DNA of 64,000 nucleotides, from NCBI GenBank assembly GCA_016204695.1, contig JACQKD010000008.1:33178-97177 (forward strand), in the 5' to 3' direction. Made by a program: the position numbers and the translations under genes. Source of the DNA: Candidatus Kaiserbacteria bacterium. GTDB lineage: Bacteria; Patescibacteriota; Minisyncoccia; Phycocordibacterales; UBA918. Below are positions 58,695 to 64,000 of the stretch, one piece after another (positions within the stretch are counted from its first letter, which is position 1; the number at the start of each line of letters is the position of its first letter). A model generated the notes under the pieces. That model was not told the DNA's origin. It worked only from the letters and a program-made list of their open reading frames with translations, and searched no databases.

Positions 58695-59309
58695 GCGAAA
58701 CTCTATAGTTGGCGGATGCCCTGACACGCATTCTTGCGCGTCTTTCAAACATGTGTGGTAATTGTGTCTTGATGTAAGGGGGGATTGAGGGGTGCGTCCC
58801 CATACCGTAGGGAGCGAGCTGTCCGGAGTGTGCGTGAACATCTCTCGACGGAGCGCTTTGTACAAAGGATATTCCCATGAGACCTTGATTGACAGGTGAC
58901 GATTCGTACCGTATTCTCGCCGCGTGTGCATAGGGTCGGTTTCCGGCCGTAGAAAGCCGGGGGTTGGGCCAACTATCCACAACCATAGGCAGTGAATACG
59001 GCGACGAGGGGAATATACTATTGTGAATCGCTCTTTGAAAATTACATAGAAGAACGAACGGAACGGGCGTCTTCGTGACGTCATACCGCATGACCTTTTC
59101 CTGTGCCGGATGCACTGACAGACACTCAGTCTCATATTTCGCAGCTAATCCGCCTGTGGCGTGTCGATACATAAACCACTCGCGGAATAGTGATGTAGTG
59201 ACTGGTCCCCGTATGTGCGGGGATACCTGTCGCTAATGTGAATTAATTCATATTATCAGTTCTTCATTAATAGTAATTGCCCGATGTACATCGGGTAATA
59301 GATATAGTT

Positions 59310-61361
59310 ATGACTATTACAAACAAAGTTGCAGGAAAGCTCGTAGTGGCTTTTGTTGCAGCAACAATGCTCTTCACGCTTGCGTTTGCGCCGATGGCGC
59401 GCGCGGCGACCAATGAAGAGCTTGAGGCGCAGATTGCGAAACTCCTCGCGGATATCGCGGCGCTTCAGGGACAGACTTCGAGCTCAAGCTCGCAGTCGTA
59501 CACCTTCACCAGCGACCTCACGGTCGGTTCAACCGGTGAAAGCGTAAAGCAGTTGCAGATGTACCTCAACAACAAGGGGTACGCTGTTGCTTCGACAGGA
59601 GTCGGTTCAAAGGGCATGGAGTCAATGTACTTCGGCATGTTGACGAAAGCTGCTCTTGCCAGGTACCAGGCCGCGATGGGCATCAGCCCGGCTGTCGGCT
59701 ACTTCGGCCCGATTACTCGCGCGAAAGTCAACGCGGACATGGTAGTCGTTGTAACGCCGCCATCGGATGATGACGATGATGACGATGATGACACCGCAAA
59801 TGACGATGATGACGATGATGACGACGATGATCTCTCGGGAGATTCCGGTTCGATCGATTCGTACGAGCTCTCATCCGGCTACAGCAACGAGGAAGTCGGC
59901 GAGGATGAGGAAGATGTCATCGTAGCCGGTCTCGATATCGAGAACAGCGACGGTTCGGACATCGAGATCACGGCGGTACGCCTCGTCTTTGACGAAGGAA
60001 CGGCAAACCGCGACTTCGACAAATATGCAAGCGAGGTATCGATCTGGCTTGATGACGAAGAGGTTGGTCGGGTAGACGCCGATGCGTTCACCGACGACAA
60101 CAACTGGACCAAGACCATCACGCTTGATGGCGCGATACTTGACATGGAGGAGACGGGTTCATTGTTTGCAGCCGTCTCGGGCGTATCGAGTCTCGATACG
60201 AACGATGCAGGTGAGACATGGACTATCGACTTCACGTCGGTACGCTTCCGGGATGCGGAAGGTTCTACCATTTCGGAAGACCCGACCGTAGGAGCGACGA
60301 CCTTCTCGTTTGAGACGTTCGCGGCTTCGGCTAACACCGAATTGCACATTACCGAGGGTGATGACGACGCAGAGGAGATCAACGACGCGCACATCATCAA
60401 TGTGCACGCGACCGACGATACCGATGATGTGGAGGTGCTTGCCTTCAACATCGAGATCGAAGGAGATTCCGATGTAAACATCGACGCTCTGCCGATCACT
60501 ATCACCACAGCGGAGGCGGCCAACGGCACCTTCGATGACCCGGATGATGTGATCGACTCTGTCGATCTCTACGCCGATGGCGAAAAGATCGGCTCGGAAG
60601 TACTTTCCACCGCTGACGCAAACGGCGACACGGAGGTAGTACTCTTCGATGATCTCGACTTCGATATCGAGGCGGGAAGCGACGTCGACTTTGTAGTCAA
60701 GGCCGATGTCGTAGATCTTGCTGATGATCTTGATGTCGGCGACACGATTCAGGTTACCTTCGGAGAGACGGAAACCGACCTCGCAACATTCGAGGCCGAG
60801 GATGAGTCCGGCGAGGAGCTCGTGGACGCCGACAAGATCGGCACGATCACTGGAGGCACGCACGAAGTTCGCGACGTCTTCCCGCAGATCGCCCTTGTTG
60901 GAACTCCGACGGCGGTCAAGACTTCGGGTGATTCTGGCGCTACCGCAAACGCGAGAAGCGATATCGGTACGTTCACGATTACCTTTGACGTAACCGGCGT
61001 TGACGGAGACGTCTTCATCGACGAGTCGGCACCGGCTGAAGGCGCTGGTACGGACGAGACCGACCTCAACATCGACGGTGTTGCCACATTCACGAACTCG
61101 ATCACAAGCATTGCCGGAGGTGCGAACGGTCTGGCTGAAGATGTCACCAACTCATTCCGAGTTGATGAGGACGAGACCAACCGCTTCCAGATCGTCGTGG
61201 ACATTCGCGACACTGCTGGTACGGACATGGTTGACGGATTCTTCGACGTGTCCATCGTCAGCATCCTGTATGCTTTGACCGATGTGGACGGCGACCTTCT
61301 GTACACTTCAGATATGGATCGCTTCCAGACGCCTGCGGTCTACCTGGATGACCTCGACTAG
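59310..61361 (+). CDS. secreted acidic surface protein: signal peptide, coiled coil, peptidoglycan-binding (PG_binding_1-like) domain, poly-Asp linker, acidic repeats
   Basis: Signal peptide (MTITNKVAGKLVVAFVAATMLFTLAFAPMARA), coiled coil (NEELEAQIAKLLADIAALQG), PG-binding-like segment (TGESVKQLQMYLNNKGYAV...GYFGPITRAKV), D9 and D10 runs, then about 450 aa of D/E/T/G-rich repeats. Confidence 0.65.
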   Translation: MTITNKVAGKLVVAFVAATMLFTLAFAPMARAATNEELEAQIAKLLADIAALQGQTSSSSSQSYTFTSDLTVGSTGESVKQLQMYLNNKGYAVASTGVGSKGMESMYFGMLTKAALARYQAAMGISPAVGYFGPITRAKVNADMVVVVTPPSDDDDDDDDDTANDDDDDDDDDDLSGDSGSIDSYELSSGYSNEEVGEDEEDVIVAGLDIENSDGSDIEITAVRLVFDEGTANRDFDKYASEVSIWLDDEEVGRVDADAFTDDNNWTKTITLDGAILDMEETGSLFAAVSGVSSLDTNDAGETWTIDFTSVRFRDAEGSTISEDPTVGATTFSFETFAASANTELHITEGDDDAEEINDAHIINVHATDDTDDVEVLAFNIEIEGDSDVNIDALPITITTAEAANGTFDDPDDVIDSVDLYADGEKIGSEVLSTADANGDTEVVLFDDLDFDIEAGSDVDFVVKADVVDLADDLDVGDTIQVTFGETETDLATFEAEDESGEELVDADKIGTITGGTHEVRDVFPQIALVGTPTAVKTSGDSGATANARSDIGTFTITFDVTGVDGDVFIDESAPAEGAGTDETDLNIDGVATFTNSITSIAGGANGLAEDVTNSFRVDEDETNRFQIVVDIRDTAGTDMVDGFFDVSIVSILYALTDVDGDLLYTSDMDRFQTPAVYLDDLD

Positions 61362-61413
61362 CATCTAGCTAATCTCGGTCTTTCATCTGAACTGACAGGT
61401 CGACGAAACAACA

Positions 61414-61445
61414 AAAACCGCCCCCTCATTAGGGGCGGTTTTTGT
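61414..61445 (+). terminator. rho-independent terminator
   Basis: aaaaaccgcccc-ctcatt-aggggcggttttt. Confidence 0.75.
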
Positions 61446-61540
61446 TGAGAAGCGAAGACTTGGGGCTTCTCAAGATCTTGCGAGCTGTTTTGTGAGTTTT
61501 GCGAAACAAAAGAGCCGCAAGGTGTACTGAATCTGTAAGA
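61445..61540 (-). repeat. family A intergenic repeat, copy 5 (inverted orientation)
   Basis: The reverse complement reads cttacagattcagtacaccttgcggctcttttgtttcgcaaaactcacaaaacagctcgcaagatcttgagaagccccaagtcttcgcttctcaa. Confidence 0.75.
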
Positions 61541-61604
61541 TTGTGTCGGGGCCGCATCTGCGCTATGATTGCAACCGTATTTAGAGTAAATAGAAAAAAT
61601 ATCC

Positions 61605-62036
61605 ATGAATATACTGTATAGTCGTACTGCGAAAATCATCGGGGCTGTATTGGCCGTCATCGTATTGGCCGTCATATATTTCTTCATTTTCATCCGGCAG
61701 AGTTCGGAGTATTCGATCGTGTATCTCTCGACCGGAGACACCTATGTCGGACATCTATCGACCTTCCCTCGGCTCACATTGACAGACGGGTATATTCTCC
61801 AGTTTATCAAGCACTCCGACGATCCTTCGAAAGATGCCTACCAACTGACACCCCTGAAGGACCTCGTATGGGCGCCGGAATATCTGTATCTCAATGGGGA
61901 CCAAGTGCTTTTCTCCGGACCATTCTCTGATACGAGCAAGGTCCTGCAGACGATAAACAACCCGACTCCCCCTACTCCGGTGGCCGGTGTCCTTCCGCCT
62001 CCTTCCGCCAAGCCGGCGACGACAACGGAACAATAA
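61605..62036 (+). CDS. hypothetical membrane-anchored protein
   Basis: 143 aa. N-terminal TM helix and a Pro/Thr-rich C-terminus. A terminator follows at 62042-62078. Confidence 0.35.
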   Translation: MNILYSRTAKIIGAVLAVIVLAVIYFFIFIRQSSEYSIVYLSTGDTYVGHLSTFPRLTLTDGYILQFIKHSDDPSKDAYQLTPLKDLVWAPEYLYLNGDQVLFSGPFSDTSKVLQTINNPTPPTPVAGVLPPPSAKPATTTEQ

Positions 62037-62291
62037 GAATCAAAAAAACCGCAGACCTTTCATCCTGCGGTTTTTTTGATTTCCTCTTATCCACAGTCAA
62101 TACTGCGATTTCCTTGCCGTTCATCGTACACTTGTACTATGCAATAAATGCGCGTTGCGCATTGTGTTGTGAAGAACTATGGAGGTAGATTCTATTTTCA
62201 TAGTGCTCATCGAAGATTTTTGCATGGCGCAAACAGCGCGAGGGCACGGATCCTGATGAGGTTATAAACATTATTTATAATTTACACATAA

Positions 62292-63692
62292 ATGAGTACG
62301 ATAATTCAGAGGACAGAAGTCGGAAGGATTGCCCTCGCGTTACTGCTTGTGCTCGCGCTGTGTTTCAGCATAGGCGCGCAGTCGGCGCAGGCGGACGTGA
62401 CGGTTGCCGCAACGTCTGTCGTAAGTGACGGGGCGCTTACGCTCAATGCGGCCGCGGCTTCAAACACCGTGGTTGCAGGCGCGCAAGTTGCCGGAACGGT
62501 GGCTATCGGCGGCGCGGCGGGGACCGGGGCTATCACCCTCGGCTCTTCGACTGCGGCGCAGACAGTGAACATCGCAAACGGCGTCAATGCTGACGCGCAG
62601 GTGGTAAATATCGGAGACGGTGCGACCGCCGCCGCCATGGATATTGACATCTTGACCGGCACGGGTACGGCGGGAGCCAGCACGCTTAACATGGCTGACA
62701 ACCCGCGGGTAACAGCAGTGACACTTGCCAACGGCGCAAATGCCGCAGCCATGACTGTGGACATTGCATCGGCTGCAGCGGCTGCAAACCGCACGGTGAC
62801 GATCTCCGGCGGTGTGCCGACGGCGGGTACGGACACGTTGAACCTCGCGACCGGCAACTACGCCAAGGCGGTAAACATCGCCACCGGTACGCTTGGGAAC
62901 GCGGTGAGCATCTTGACCGGCGTTAACACGGCGGCCCAGACGCTTGATATCGCTGACGGCGCAACTGCCGCAAACATGGATATTGATATCATGACCGGCA
63001 CGGGTACCGCAGGTGCGGGAACTCTCAACATGGCTGACAATCCGCGAGTCACGGCAGTGACGCTCGCCAACGGTGCAAACGCCGCGGCAATGACGGTGGA
63101 TATCGCATCCGGGGCGGCCGCAGCGAACAGGACTGTTACAATCGGCGGTGGTACAGCTACTGCGGGCACAGACACCCTTAACTTGGGTACCGGCGGGGCA
63201 AAGACTATCGTGATTGGTAACGAAACCGGTGCAACAGCAGTCACGATTGACTCTGGTACCGGTGCTATCAACATCGGTGATGCTATCGCAAAGACAATCA
63301 CTGTCGGTAACACCACGGGTGCAACGAGAGTGAACATTAATGCAGGTACGGGACGCATTCACCTTGGAGGCCATCTCGTTTCTGAGGGAGCTGATCCGGT
63401 TGGTGCTCAGACTGGTGCTGGTACGGCTACACTGACGGCTGGTTCTACCGACACGGCAGGTCAGATTGCTTCTGACGCCAATGCCGGTGCGACCGGACTC
63501 ACAGTGACGTTTGCCGCTACCTATACAGCGGCACCGATCTGTCTCGTATCTCCGGCTGATACCGGGGCTTCGGACGCATTCGGCGCGGCTGACGGCGTTA
63601 TTGCAAGCGCTACTGCGACGGTCTTGACCATTACCTTCACTTCACAGAGTGAAGTGACGACATTCAATTATCTCTGTATTAAGAATGAGTAG
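62292..63692 (+). CDS. secreted repetitive Ala/Thr/Gly-rich protein (beta-helix-like repeats), probable surface fibre/adhesin
   Basis: Signal peptide (ALCFSIGAQSAQA). Repeated units of the form GDGATAAAMDIDI(L/M)TGTGTAG..TLNMADNPRVTAVTLANGANAAAMTVDIAS.AAAANRTVTI.GG, including an internal ~340-bp tandem DNA duplication. Confidence 0.6.
   Translation: MSTIIQRTEVGRIALALLLVLALCFSIGAQSAQADVTVAATSVVSDGALTLNAAAASNTVVAGAQVAGTVAIGGAAGTGAITLGSSTAAQTVNIANGVNADAQVVNIGDGATAAAMDIDILTGTGTAGASTLNMADNPRVTAVTLANGANAAAMTVDIASAAAAANRTVTISGGVPTAGTDTLNLATGNYAKAVNIATGTLGNAVSILTGVNTAAQTLDIADGATAANMDIDIMTGTGTAGAGTLNMADNPRVTAVTLANGANAAAMTVDIASGAAAANRTVTIGGGTATAGTDTLNLGTGGAKTIVIGNETGATAVTIDSGTGAINIGDAIAKTITVGNTTGATRVNINAGTGRIHLGGHLVSEGADPVGAQTGAGTATLTAGSTDTAGQIASDANAGATGLTVTFAATYTAAPICLVSPADTGASDAFGAADGVIASATATVLTITFTSQSEVTTFNYLCIKNE
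62600..63220 (+). repeat. tandem ~340-bp duplication inside the repetitive surface protein gene
   Basis: Unit 1 (about 62617-62955) and unit 2 (about 62955-63215) align nearly base-for-base (gacgg[tc]gc[ga]ac[ct]gccgc...atggatattga[ct]atc[tc]tgaccggcacgggtac...). Confidence 0.7.
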
Positions 63693-63780
63693 TCATTCTG
63701 TTCTTAAGTGCTTGATTAGAAACACAACGCGAGATTACACATTTGGTCGAATCTCGCAGGCATAAATCTTAAAAACACAA

Positions 63781-64000
63781 ATGATTACACAGAAAATAGA
63801 ACTGCAGTCAGGATTGCGACTTGGATTGCTGGCGGTACTGTTCGTAGCGGCAGCGCTCGCACTCGGCTGGGCTCCGCAGGCGCATGCGCAGGCGGTCAGC
63901 TACACGGCTGATTCGAGTGTCACGGTCAACGGCTCGGACTACAAGATCGTGAGTGGCTCGGCGGCCACCTCGGTGGTGGTCGGCGCGACGACGGTCACCG
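63781..64000 (+). CDS. secreted protein, 3'-partial at window end
   Basis: ATG at 63781, then a signal-peptide-like LGLLAVLFVAAALALGWAPQAHAQA and a Ser/Thr/Val-rich sequence. The ORF runs off the window. Confidence 0.4.
   Translation, partial: MITQKIELQSGLRLGLLAVLFVAAALALGWAPQAHAQAVSYTADSSVTVNGSDYKIVSGSAATSVVVGATTVT

Noticed and set aside
58695-59276. tmRNA, RNase P RNA or SRP RNA in the 580-bp AT-rich non-coding stretch
   Set aside because: I could not find the GGUUCGAnUCC tRNA-like end of tmRNA, the GGAAAGUCCGGGC P4 motif of RNase P, or the GGAAGCAGCC domain IV motif of SRP RNA. It is left as an unannotated leader/spacer.

Overview
High-GC (roughly 58-60%) bacterial chromosomal segment, densely packed with housekeeping genes on both strands. 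My tentative read is a small-genome, possibly CPR/Patescibacteria-like organism (inference only; taxonomy cannot be settled from sequence alone). Recognisable content: a type IV pilin/pseudopilin gene cluster, ligA, gatCA, maf, two CAU-anticodon tRNAs, a UbiA-family prenyltransferase, mscL, class Ia ribonucleotide reductase nrdAB, lemA plus a DUF2207 protein, htpX, tRNA-Ser, a metzincin protease, secE-nusG-rplK, a pyrimidine/folate block (folA, cytidylyltransferase-like gene, dCMP deaminase fusion, two HIT genes, thyA), a YhhQ-family transporter fused to a SnoaL-like domain, glyA, a DUF4258/DUF2283 toxin-antitoxin-like pair, argS, a GATase1, purD, an unusually long ileS, recO, glyQS, metG, tatD, an M15B peptidase, rpsF-ssb-rpsR, efp, recA, ftsK, and at the 3' end large secreted acidic and repetitive surface proteins. 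Most long ORFs antisense to these genes are high-GC artefacts. Structure not explained by genes: two families of short modular intergenic repeats scattered through the window; three copies of the tRNA-Ser 3' end next to the tRNA; low-GC islets (23.5-25.0 kb, 57.8-59.3 kb, and inside ileS); rplK without rplA/rplJ/rplL; a likely attenuator in front of the YhhQ-family transporter gene; a histidine-phosphatase domain inserted into IleS; and an array of nine TAAAGGAC motifs inside an AT-rich gene for a putative DNA-binding protein.
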